A stretch of DNA of 32,000 nt from Edaphobacter aggregans (GTDB lineage: Bacteria > Acidobacteriota > Terriglobia > Terriglobales > Acidobacteriaceae), in NCBI RefSeq assembly GCF_003945235.1, contig NZ_RSDW01000001.1:3000001-3032000 (forward strand). The letters are read 5' to 3'. Both the position numbers and the translations under genes were made by a program. Below the pieces are notes generated by a model that worked only from the letters and a program-made list of their open reading frames with translations, did no database searches and was not told the DNA's origin. Every line of letters starts with the position of its first letter. Positions within the stretch are counted from its first letter, which is position 1. Below, piece after piece: positions 18,012 to 26,567 of the stretch.

Positions 18012-20735
18012 GTGGAAGTGAATTCTCCAGAACTATTGCCGACCATCCCCTCGCTCCTCCACGAATCCAGCACCTCCGCGCTCGAGTGGCCACGCCTCCG
18101 CGACCACATCGCCGGCCGCACCTTCTCTCCCCTCGGCCGCGCCTGGATCCTCGCCCTAGAACCCTGCGCCGACCTTCCCTGGATCGACCAGCAACACCAG
18201 CGCACCGCCGAGATGCGCGCCATGCTCTTGTCAGGCGGCAGCTTCGAGTTCCGTGGCCTCTTCGACCCCACGCTCCTCCTCGACAAAGCCCGCATCGAAG
18301 GCTCAGCCCTTGAAGGCCTTGAGGTTCGCGACCTCCTCACCGTAGCCGAGCGAGTCGCCGCCTGGCGCACCCTCATCGACCCACCACCCAACGCCCCACG
18401 TTACGACTGGCCCGCCATCGATGCCCTCTCTGGCTCCCTCCGCGCCTTCGACCTCAACCCACTCCTCCACCAGCTACGCGGCAAGATCGAACCCGACGGC
18501 TCCCTCAACGACGACGCATCCCCCGAACTTCGCCGCATCCGCCGCGCCATGGAACGCCAACACCGCGCCATCGAAGAGAGCCTCCGCAAGTCCCTCCGCG
18601 GCCTCAACGAAGGGGGCAGCACCCAGGACGAGCTCATCACCATCCGCGGCGAACGCTTCGTCATCCCCGTCAAGGCCGAGTTCAAGCGCAAAGTCCCCGG
18701 CGTCATCCATGGCTCATCTTCCTCCGGACAAACCGTCTTCATCGAACCCCTCGAAACCATCGAGCAGAACAACGAACTAGTCCGCCTCCTCGACGAAGAA
18801 CAATCCGAGATCCACCGCATCCTCGTCGCCATGACCCGCGCCCTCGGCGACAACGCCACCGCCATCCTCACCGGCACCGCCATCCTCGCCGAAGTCGAAT
18901 CCCACGCCGCCCGAGCCCGCTTCGCCATCGACCTGAACTGCACCCGCCCCACCTTTACCAATAATGCCGTCGCCACGAGCACAGCAACCAATAACGTTGT
19001 CATTCTGAGCGGAGCGAAGAACCCCCGCATTTCGCCTGAAGCGCCACAAACCCGCACTGCTCCACCAGAATCCAACCCAACCAATAACCCTGTCATTTCG
19101 ACCGAACTCCGAGCGAGTGAAGCGAGTCGAGGAGGGAGTGGAGAAACCCGCTTCTCTACCACAACTCCCTACGAGCCCAACACTCAGTCACCCGACCCAC
19201 AACTCTCACTAGTAGCCGCCCGCCACCCCCTCCTTGAACTCCGCATGAGAGCCTCCGCACGCGAAGCGGGCACCGAAGCAGCCACACCCGTCCCCCTAAC
19301 CATCACCCTCACCAACGAAGCCCGCCAGCTCATCATCAGCGGACCCAACACCGGCGGCAAAACCGTCTCCCTCAAAACCCTCGGCCTCCTCTCATTGATG
19401 GCGCAAGCTGGAGTCCCCATCCCCGCCGAAGAAGCCCATCTCCCCCTCTTCACCAGCGTCTACGCCGACATCGGCGACGCCCAATCCATCGAGCGTAACC
19501 TCTCCAGCTTCTCCGCCCACGTCGTCAACCTCGACCGCATCTCCCGCGAAGCCACCGCCTCATCCCTCGTGCTCCTCGACGAACTAGGCTCCGCGACCGA
19601 CCCCGAAGAAGGCGCAGCCCTGGCCGTAGCCATCGCGCAGCACTTCCTCGACATCCACGCCTGGTGCTGCATCACCACCCACCTCACCTCGCTCAAGGTC
19701 TACGCCGCCAATCACGCCGGAGTGTTGAACGCCGCAGTAGGCTTCGACCAGCAGACCCTAACCCCCACCTACCAGCTCCGCCTCGGAGTCCCCGGAGCCT
19801 CCGCCGGCCTCAACATCGCCAGCCGCCTCGGCCTCTCACCCGAGATCATCGCCGCCGCTCGCTCTCAAATGTCCACCCAGACTGCCGACATAGGAGCCTT
19901 CCTCGACCAACTCCACGACCAGCTCACCGCCGCCGCCACCGAGCGCGAAACCCTCCGGCAGCGCGAGCAGCAACTAGCCCGCGAAAAAATCCGCCTCGAA
20001 ACCGAAGGCCGCGCCGAACAAAAAGCCCGCACCAAAGAACTCGAAACCAAGCTCAACTCCCTCATCGAAGACTTCGCCTACCAGCTCCGCGAAACCGTCA
20101 AAGCCATCGACGACAAGACCCTCGCCCAAAAGATCGCTCGCGACTCCGCCACCCGCATCGCCCGCCTGCGGCGCGAGTTCTCCGAACAATTCAACTCCAC
20201 CGTAGTAGCCCACAACACCGGCGCCGACAAGGCCGATCCCAACGCCCAACCCCACATCCCCAAAGGCATCAAGGTCGGCGACCTGGTCAAGCTCAAATCC
20301 CTCGGCCGCCAGGCCCGAGTAGACCGCATCATCGACGCCAAAACCTACGAAGTCTCCATTGGCCCCATGAAGATGCGCGCCGCCATCGACGACATAGCCG
20401 AAGTCGAGACCGTCAAAGTAGCTACGCCCCTCGAAGCCGCCCGCAAGCGCGGAGGCATCACCATCGCCACCGCCAACGACCCCGACTACATGACCTCCGA
20501 GATCAACGTCATCGGCCGCACCGCAGACGAGGCCCACGCCGAAGTCGAACGCTTCCTCGACCGCGCTTTCCTCGCCGGCCTCCCCTGCATCCGCATCGTC
20601 CACGGCACTGGCATGGGCATCCTACGCCGAACCCTCCGCGAATTCCTTCGCAACCACCCCCACGTAGCCACCGTCACCGAACCCCCACAAAACCAAGGCG
20701 GCCAAGGGGCAACCGAAGTCGAATTGAGGCAATGA
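18012..20735 (+). CDS. mutS2: Endonuclease MutS2 (MutS core, Walker A ATPase, C-terminal Smr domain) carrying a repeat-derived in-frame insertion
   Basis: LEWPRLRDHIAGRTFSPLG, RHPLL, ISGPNTGGKTVSLKT, DELGSATDPEEG and Smr (EINVIGRTADEA...RIVHGTGMGILR). The track ORF start at 17625 overlaps the divergent gene. A likelier start is GTG 18012/18018; the exact start is uncertain. Confidence 0.88.
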   Translation: MEVNSPELLPTIPSLLHESSTSALEWPRLRDHIAGRTFSPLGRAWILALEPCADLPWIDQQHQRTAEMRAMLLSGGSFEFRGLFDPTLLLDKARIEGSALEGLEVRDLLTVAERVAAWRTLIDPPPNAPRYDWPAIDALSGSLRAFDLNPLLHQLRGKIEPDGSLNDDASPELRRIRRAMERQHRAIEESLRKSLRGLNEGGSTQDELITIRGERFVIPVKAEFKRKVPGVIHGSSSSGQTVFIEPLETIEQNNELVRLLDEEQSEIHRILVAMTRALGDNATAILTGTAILAEVESHAARARFAIDLNCTRPTFTNNAVATSTATNNVVILSGAKNPRISPEAPQTRTAPPESNPTNNPVISTELRASEASRGGSGETRFSTTTPYEPNTQSPDPQLSLVAARHPLLELRMRASAREAGTEAATPVPLTITLTNEARQLIISGPNTGGKTVSLKTLGLLSLMAQAGVPIPAEEAHLPLFTSVYADIGDAQSIERNLSSFSAHVVNLDRISREATASSLVLLDELGSATDPEEGAALAVAIAQHFLDIHAWCCITTHLTSLKVYAANHAGVLNAAVGFDQQTLTPTYQLRLGVPGASAGLNIASRLGLSPEIIAAARSQMSTQTADIGAFLDQLHDQLTAAATERETLRQREQQLAREKIRLETEGRAEQKARTKELETKLNSLIEDFAYQLRETVKAIDDKTLAQKIARDSATRIARLRREFSEQFNSTVVAHNTGADKADPNAQPHIPKGIKVGDLVKLKSLGRQARVDRIIDAKTYEVSIGPMKMRAAIDDIAEVETVKVATPLEAARKRGGITIATANDPDYMTSEINVIGRTADEAHAEVERFLDRAFLAGLPCIRIVHGTGMGILRRTLREFLRNHPHVATVTEPPQNQGGQGATEVELRQ
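18997..19034. repeat. Dispersed repeat unit inside the mutS2 coding sequence (GTCATTCTGAGCGGAGCGAAGAACCCCCGCATTTCG)
   Basis: Reverse complement of 901-938 at 36/38 positions. Translated in frame as VILSGAKNPRIS. Confidence 0.8.
19092..19156. repeat. Second dispersed repeat unit inside mutS2 (GTCATTTCGACC...GGAGAAACCCGCTTCTC variant)
   Basis: Translated in frame as VISTELRASEASRGGSGETRFS. It has the same CCAATAAC..TGTCATT head as the unit at 18988-19034, and its head resembles the 23-bp motif at 29199/29988. Confidence 0.6.
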
Positions 20736-20738
20736 GCT

Positions 20739-21146
20739 ATGCCCTCGCCAACCATCGCTCCTCCACTCTCCGGAAACGTCCTTGGCTCCCCCGACGGCGC
20801 ATTCATCCTCGCTGAGTGGCAAGACCCCGGCGGCCCACCCGATCCGCCGCGTCTCATCGCTCCACTCCACGTCCACCACAACGACGACGAAGCCTGGTAT
20901 GTCCTCGAAGGCACACTCCGAATCAAGTCAGGAGACAATGAAATCGAAGCCTCCGCAGGCTCCAGCGTCTTCGTTCCCCGCGGCACACCCCACACCTACT
21001 GGAACCCCACTACCCACCCAGTCCGCTATCTGCTCATCATGACGCCAAACATCCACCGCCTCATTCAAGAGATTCACGCAACGTCCGACCGCAGCTCCTC
21101 CACCCTTCACAGCCTCTTCGTAAAATACAACTCACAACTGCTCTGA
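20739..21146 (+). CDS. Cupin domain protein
   Basis: Cupin motifs PLHVHHNDDEAWYVLEG and GSSVFVPRGTPHTY. Confidence 0.75.
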   Translation: MPSPTIAPPLSGNVLGSPDGAFILAEWQDPGGPPDPPRLIAPLHVHHNDDEAWYVLEGTLRIKSGDNEIEASAGSSVFVPRGTPHTYWNPTTHPVRYLLIMTPNIHRLIQEIHATSDRSSSTLHSLFVKYNSQLL

Positions 21147-21170
21147 TCCCTACTCCAGTAATCTATCTCC

Positions 21171-22007
21171 ATGAACCCGCTCGTCGAACCAGCCTGGCTA
21201 GCTGCCCGCCTCCAAGACTCCAACACCGTAATCCTTGACGCCACACTCCCTCCCGTAGGCGTCACGCCCCCGGTCGATACCCACTCCCGCTACGTCGCCC
21301 GGCACATCCCCGGGGCCATCTTTTTCGACATCGACCAGCACTCCGACCACACCACCTCGCTCCCCCACATGCTCCCCACCGCCGAAGTCTTCGCCCAAAG
21401 CATGTCCGCCCTCGGCATCGCCGACAGCGCCACCATCGTCATCTACGAGCAGGAAGGCGTCTTCTCCGCCCCCCGCGCCCGCTGGATGCTCCGCACCTTC
21501 GGAGCCCCCAACGTCTACATACTCAACGGAGGCCTCAACGCCTGGGCCGCCGCCGGCCTTCCTATCGAATCAGGCGAAGTGCACCGCCCCGCGGCGACCT
21601 TTCACGCGGCCCTCAACCGCGATGCCGTCAAAGACTTCGCACAGGTCCAGCGGATGATCTCTGAGCACAAGCAAATCCTCGATGCCCGCTCCGCCGCGCG
21701 CTTCAGCGGAGCAGCACCCGAGCCTCGCGCCGGTATTAGCTCTGGTCACATGCCCGGAGCCACCAGCGTTCCCTTCACAGAACTCGTTGAAGCAGGCCGC
21801 CTCAAGTCGCGCGAAGACCTGCGCGACCTCTTCGCCTCAAAGCATGTAGACCTGCAGCAGCCCATCACCACCACCTGTGGATCGGGAGTCACCGCTGCGG
21901 TTGTGGCGCTAGGACTCGAGATCGCTGGCGCAACCGACGTTACCCTCTACGATGGTTCCTGGGCCGAGTACGCACAACGCCCCGAAGCCGTCATCGAAAA
22001 GGGCTAG
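21171..22007 (+). CDS. sseA: 3-mercaptopyruvate sulfurtransferase (tandem rhodanese)
   Basis: Two rhodanese domains, active-site loop TTCGSGVTAA, HIPGA and GHMPGA motifs. Confidence 0.88.
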   Translation: MNPLVEPAWLAARLQDSNTVILDATLPPVGVTPPVDTHSRYVARHIPGAIFFDIDQHSDHTTSLPHMLPTAEVFAQSMSALGIADSATIVIYEQEGVFSAPRARWMLRTFGAPNVYILNGGLNAWAAAGLPIESGEVHRPAATFHAALNRDAVKDFAQVQRMISEHKQILDARSAARFSGAAPEPRAGISSGHMPGATSVPFTELVEAGRLKSREDLRDLFASKHVDLQQPITTTCGSGVTAAVVALGLEIAGATDVTLYDGSWAEYAQRPEAVIEKG

Positions 22008-22289
22008 TTTGCGGCCATTTTTTTTGGGGGGAGTTTTTCTGTGTGAAAAGGGGGTGTTTGCTGGGTTTTTTGCGCTTTTCGGTGGTCAATTGGTGGAGAA
22101 AAGTGTGGTTAGTGTGGTTTTGATGTGGTGTTTGGGTGGTGTGTTTGCGGGATCGAAAAAGTGGCAGCTTTTTGAAATATTTCTGTGGGAATCTTTAGTC
22201 CGGTGCGGGATGCCCGAAATGGCAACCCTCTTCCCGTCACCGCCGTTGTTTGTTTTTGCTGTCAGCCCCAGTGCTAAACTCCCATCCAA

Positions 22290-23294
22290 ATGCCCGAGTC
22301 GCTCCAGCAGCGGATCGAAAAAATACGCCTCTGGGCAAAAGACCCCGACCGCGCCGCCTCGCACATTCTCGTCACGATCCTCGCCGTCATCATCCTCGTC
22401 GCCATAGCCCTCTGGATCGTCTGGATAGTCCCCAAGCACGAAGCCGCCGCCATCCTCGACCCCGAAAAACGCCTCACCCTCGAAAACGAACTCCGCAAGA
22501 CCCTCACCCAGATCGTCCTCAGCATCTTCGGCCTCTTCATTCTCTACTTCACGTGGCAGCGCGCCCGCGCCGGCGACAAGACTGTCCAGATCATGGAGCA
22601 GGGTCACATCACCGACCGCTACACCAAAGCCATCGAGCAGCTAGGCAAACTCGACGGCGACAAGCCCAACATCGAAGTCCGCCTCGGCGCAATCTACGCC
22701 CTCGAGCGCATCGCCCGCGACTCCCCCCGCGACCACTGGACCATCATGGAGGTCCTCACCGCCTACGTCCGCCAGAACGCTCCAGCCGCTCCGAAGGGTG
22801 AAACACTTGAGAAGCCCCTTCCAGAAAAACCACGCACCGATATTCAAGCCGTCCTGACCGTTCTGGGGCGTCGCCTGGTCGGACCTAAGCGCGAGAACCC
22901 TGATCAGGCTCTCGATTTATCTTTCACCCATCTCCAAAAGGCAAGTTTTTACAAAGGCAACTGGGAGAAAACTGACTTTAGTACAGCCAATTTGCAAGAA
23001 GCCAACTTAAATCGAACGAGCCTTAGAGAAGCTTTCTTTGTCGACGCAAACCTGAAGGGTGCATTCTTTCGAAACGCAGATCTTCGCAATGCATTCCTTT
23101 TAGATAGCAATCTAGAGGGCGTCGACCTCGAGGATGCCGAGTTGTTGGGCGCACACTTCAGTGGAGCGAACCTTACTGGCGCTAAAAATCTCGGTCCCGA
23201 TCAGATGCGAACAACTTGGCTCTGGTGGGAAGCTAATTTATCCCCCGATTTCCGAGAGGCACTCGGTCCAGTCCCTGATAAATCCAACGGCTAA
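22290..23294 (+). CDS. Membrane-anchored pentapeptide-repeat protein
   Basis: Two N-terminal TM helices (ILVTILAVIILVAIALWIVWIV; IVLSIFGLFILYFTW), a helical linker domain (EVRLGAIYALERIARDSPRDHWTIMEVLTAYVRQ) and C-terminal A(D/N)LxX pentapeptide repeats (ANLQEANLNRTSLREAFFVDANLKGAFFRNADLRNAFLLDSNLEGVDLEDAELLGAHFSGANLTGA). Confidence 0.8.
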   Translation: MPESLQQRIEKIRLWAKDPDRAASHILVTILAVIILVAIALWIVWIVPKHEAAAILDPEKRLTLENELRKTLTQIVLSIFGLFILYFTWQRARAGDKTVQIMEQGHITDRYTKAIEQLGKLDGDKPNIEVRLGAIYALERIARDSPRDHWTIMEVLTAYVRQNAPAAPKGETLEKPLPEKPRTDIQAVLTVLGRRLVGPKRENPDQALDLSFTHLQKASFYKGNWEKTDFSTANLQEANLNRTSLREAFFVDANLKGAFFRNADLRNAFLLDSNLEGVDLEDAELLGAHFSGANLTGAKNLGPDQMRTTWLWWEANLSPDFREALGPVPDKSNG

Positions 23295-23555
23295 TGCTCT
23301 TAGCAACCGCAATTCCCATCCATCCCAATAGCATAGCCCGGTGCGGGTGCCGGGTGCCCCCTATCTGGCAGTCTCACCGCCAGATGTGGGACATTCACGG
23401 AAAGCGCGAAACCCTTCTTCCCAAAGCATCCGCCGTAGCCAAAGCGTATGCATCACCAATCCAACCCTTTCTCCGCTATCCCCCTCCAACCAAAGACGCA
23501 AGCCTGAAAACCGGCGTACCCTTGACGCCACAGCTGTATCGATGCCCGGAGACCC

Positions 23556-25151
23556 ATGGCGACCACGGCGACCGAAGTCGAAATCGACCACTCCCTATGG
23601 AAGCCGAAAGCCAATCCATGGGCCATCGCCGCAACCGTCGCGCTCGCCGCATTCATGGAGGTCCTCGACACCTCCATTGCCAACGTCGCCCTTCCGCACA
23701 TCTCCGGCTCCCTCGGCGCCAGCACCAATCAAGGAACGTGGGTCCTGACCAGTTACCTCGTCGCCAACGCAATCATTCTGCCGGTCGGCGCATGGGCGTC
23801 ATCCGTCATCGGACGGCGTAACTTCTTCCAGCTCTGCATCGTCATCTTCACGGTGTCGAGCTTCCTCTGCGGCATCGCGCCCTCGTTGCCGGCTCTGCTG
23901 ATCTTCCGTGTCTTCCAAGGCATCGGCGGCGGCGGCCTGCAACCCATGGCCCAGGCCATCATGGCCGACTCGTTCGAGGAGCGCAAACGCGGCCTCGCCT
24001 TCTCGCTTTACGGCCTCGTCGCCGTCCTCGCGCCCTCCATCGGGCCCACCCTCGGCGGCTGGATCACTGACAACTACTCCTGGCGCTGGATCTTCTACAT
24101 CAACATTCCCGTCGGGCTGCTCGCCCTCGTTCTCGTGCAGAGGCTCGTGCAGGACCCTCCCTGGATCAAGCCCGACAGGAACAACCTCCGCCGCCTCGAC
24201 TACGTCGGCCTCGCACTCCTCACCATCTCCATGGCCGGCCTCCAGATCGCCCTCGACAAAGGCGAAGAGAACGACTGGTTCGCCTCGAACTTCATTCGCA
24301 TCTTCGCCACCATGTTCGTCATCGGCATCATCGCCCTGATCCTGTGGGAGTGGAACCACGACCACCCCATCATGAACCTGAAGCTCTTCAAGTTCAGAAA
24401 CTTCGCCATCTGCTGCTTCCTGATGCTGCTGGTCGGCGGCGTCCTGAACGCCTCAACCGTGCTGCAGCCGCAGTTCCTTCAAGGTCTGCTAGGCTACAAC
24501 GCCACCAACGCAGGCAAGGCGCTGACGATGGGCGGCCTCGCTCTCATCGTGGTGATGCCCGCCGCCGGCATCGCAACGGGCAAGTTCCCCGCACGAAATC
24601 TCGCGGCCCTCGGCTTCGCCTTCTTCGCCATGTCGTATTGGTACAGCTCCAACCACATCACGCTCGACATGAGCTTCCGCTTTGCCTCGTGGCTGCGCAT
24701 TATCCAGGTACTGCCGATCCCGTTCTGCTTCATCGCCATCACGAACGCTGCCTACGTCGGTCTGCCTCGCGAGGCCAGCAACCAGGTCGCGGGCCTGATC
24801 AACTTCGTCCGCAACGTTGGCGGCAGCATCTTCATCGCCGTCACGGGAGCGCTGGTCACGAATCGCTCCCTCTTCCATCAGGCTCGCCTGCAGGAGCACA
24901 TGCAAGCCGGCAATCCGCAGTTCGTGAACCGCGTGTACGATCTCGGCCACTTCTTTGGCGGCGGCGCAGACGGCACCTACACCGCGAAGGCCTACATCTA
25001 CCAACTCCTCAACCAGCAAGCCGGAGTCATGGGCTATCAGGACGTCTACCGCATGCTCGCGTGGATGGCGTGCTTCATGGTCCTCTTCGCCTTCCTGCTC
25101 AAGAAGAACCGCCCCGGCCAGGGTCCCTCGGCGTCTGAGGCGATGCACTAA
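23556..25151 (+). CDS. MFS transporter, DHA2 (EmrB/QacA, 14-TMS) drug:H+ antiporter family
   Basis: AFMEVLDTSIANVALPHI, LIFRVFQGIGGGGL, multiple TM segments, 531 aa. Confidence 0.85.
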   Translation: MATTATEVEIDHSLWKPKANPWAIAATVALAAFMEVLDTSIANVALPHISGSLGASTNQGTWVLTSYLVANAIILPVGAWASSVIGRRNFFQLCIVIFTVSSFLCGIAPSLPALLIFRVFQGIGGGGLQPMAQAIMADSFEERKRGLAFSLYGLVAVLAPSIGPTLGGWITDNYSWRWIFYINIPVGLLALVLVQRLVQDPPWIKPDRNNLRRLDYVGLALLTISMAGLQIALDKGEENDWFASNFIRIFATMFVIGIIALILWEWNHDHPIMNLKLFKFRNFAICCFLMLLVGGVLNASTVLQPQFLQGLLGYNATNAGKALTMGGLALIVVMPAAGIATGKFPARNLAALGFAFFAMSYWYSSNHITLDMSFRFASWLRIIQVLPIPFCFIAITNAAYVGLPREASNQVAGLINFVRNVGGSIFIAVTGALVTNRSLFHQARLQEHMQAGNPQFVNRVYDLGHFFGGGADGTYTAKAYIYQLLNQQAGVMGYQDVYRMLAWMACFMVLFAFLLKKNRPGQGPSASEAMH

Positions 25152-25208
25152 ACGACTTGTTTGCAATAGCTTGTGCTCCGTACAACGGCCCGAATTCGCC
25201 AATATTTT

Positions 25209-25232
25209 ATATTTCCATTATATTGGAAATAT
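25209..25232. promoter_or_regulatory. Putative ArsR operator: perfect 9-bp inverted repeat ATATTTCCA-N6-TGGAAATAT
   Basis: The arms at 25209-25217 and 25224-25232 are exact reverse complements. The element lies in an AT-rich patch and overlaps the arsR ATG (25231). Confidence 0.6.
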
Positions 25233-25560
25233 GGATAACAAAGCGGCCGTCTCCATCCTTACAGCTCTCGCGCAGGAATCCCGCCTGGCAGTCTTTCGCC
25301 TACTCGTCGAGCAAGGCCCTGACGGTCTGCCCGCGGGCAAGATCGGTGAGCATCTCGGCATCCCGCCGGCGACCTTGTCCTTCCATCTCAAAGAACTCAG
25401 TCACGCAGGGCTGGTGCAATCCCGGCAGGAGAGCCGATACATCTTCTATTCCGCCAACTATGCAGCCATGAACAACCTGCTTGGCTTCCTCACAAAGAAC
25501 TGCTGCGCGGGATCGACGTGCGAAGTGACCGCAACCGTGTGTGCTCCTAACTGCGCCTGA
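25231..25560 (+). CDS. arsR: ArsR/SmtB family transcriptional repressor with C-terminal cysteine cluster
   Basis: Start at MDNKAAVSIL. wHTH: ESRLAVFRLL...AGKIGEHLGIPPATLSFHLKEL. No ELCVCDL site is present; instead there is a C-terminal CCAGSTC...C..C cluster. First gene of an ars cluster. Confidence 0.85.
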   Translation: MDNKAAVSILTALAQESRLAVFRLLVEQGPDGLPAGKIGEHLGIPPATLSFHLKELSHAGLVQSRQESRYIFYSANYAAMNNLLGFLTKNCCAGSTCEVTATVCAPNCA

Positions 25561-25578
25561 TCCAAGAAAGGAATCGCC

Positions 25579-26052
25579 ATGAAACGTCTCCATGTGCATG
25601 TCTCCGTCAAGGACCTCAGCGAAAGCGTTCGCTTCTATCGTGGTCTCTTCGCCGCCGAGCCCACCGTCCTCAAGCACGACTACGCTAAGTGGCTGCTCGA
25701 GGACCCGCGAGTCAATTTTGCGATCTCGACCCGCTCCAACGAGACAGGCCTGAGACACCTCGGCATACAAGTCGAGAGCCTCGCCGAACTGGACGAGATT
25801 GAGCAGCGGGCAACCGACGCAGGTTTGGTGTCGTCGCCCGAGAAAGGCGCGAACTGCTGTTATGCGCAGTCTGACAAGCAATGGTTGACCGATCCTCAAG
25901 GCATTGTCTGGGAGGCATTTCACACTGTCGGAGAGATCCCGACGTACGGCGGACAACGTAACGCCAACGACGCATGCTGCGCTCCGGCCACCAAGCCCGA
26001 CCTTACGCTTTCAGAGATCACGACCTGCGGCACGAACTCCGGCTGTTGCTGA
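25579..26052 (+). CDS. arsI: ArsI-like VOC-fold protein (candidate C-As lyase)
   Basis: Glyoxalase-fold with HVHVSV, HLGIQV, a vicinal Cys pair in GANCCYAQSD and a Cys-rich C-terminal tail. Located between arsR and arsC. Confidence 0.6.
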   Translation: MKRLHVHVSVKDLSESVRFYRGLFAAEPTVLKHDYAKWLLEDPRVNFAISTRSNETGLRHLGIQVESLAELDEIEQRATDAGLVSSPEKGANCCYAQSDKQWLTDPQGIVWEAFHTVGEIPTYGGQRNANDACCAPATKPDLTLSEITTCGTNSGCC

Positions 26053-26066
26053 CATCAAGAGACGTC

Positions 26067-26567
26067 ATGACCGACAAGACATACAACGTCCTCTTCCTTT
26101 GCACGCACAACTCTGCGCGAAGCGTGCTTGCTGAAGGTTTGCTGAACCAGATGGGAGCAGGGCGATTCAAGGCCTACAGTGCCGGAAGCTCCCCATCGGG
26201 CTCGGTAAATCCCTTCGCGCTGAAAACTTTGCGCACGCTTGGCTGTGACACGGAGGGCATCCGCAGCAAGGGGTGGGACGAGTTTGCCGGTCCCGATGCT
26301 CCTAAGATGGATTTCATCTTCACGGTCTGCGATAACGCGGCTGGTGAAGTCTGCCCAATCTGGCCGGGGCATCCCGCGATCGCGCATTGGGGCTTTGCCG
26401 ACCCCTCGTTAGTTCAGGGAGACGACGCGACTCGGCTTGCGGCATTCGCGCACACCGCACAGCTCATCACAACGAGATTGCGTCTCTTCACCAGCCTGCC
26501 GATTGAAACGCTGGATCACATGTCGCTCGTGACAGAACTGCGCAAGCTCGGTGGCCACACCGCATGA
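26067..26567 (+). CDS. arsC: Arsenate reductase, LMW-PTPase (thioredoxin-coupled) type
   Basis: Start at MTDKTYNVLFLCTHNSARS (CX5R P-loop), then AYSAGS and FTVCDNAAGEVCP cysteines. Confidence 0.88.
   Translation: MTDKTYNVLFLCTHNSARSVLAEGLLNQMGAGRFKAYSAGSSPSGSVNPFALKTLRTLGCDTEGIRSKGWDEFAGPDAPKMDFIFTVCDNAAGEVCPIWPGHPAIAHWGFADPSLVQGDDATRLAAFAHTAQLITTRLRLFTSLPIETLDHMSLVTELRKLGGHTA

Noticed and set aside
19664-20815. 383-aa plus-strand ORF, off-frame inside mutS2 and running into the cupin gene
   Set aside because: It is extremely Arg/Pro-rich. The alternative frame encodes the conserved MutS2 ATPase and Smr domains.
22021-22190. Canonical G-quadruplex in the GT-rich spacer
   Set aside because: G-runs are present, but the separating loops are mostly longer than 7 nt and several runs are only GG. 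I cannot support a canonical G4 from the sequence alone.
21952-22407. 151-aa plus-strand ORF spanning the GT-rich spacer
   Set aside because: Its translation is Gly/Val/Phe/Leu low complexity dictated by the GT skew. It overlaps the 3' end of sseA and the start of the pentapeptide-repeat gene, and no SD sequence is present.
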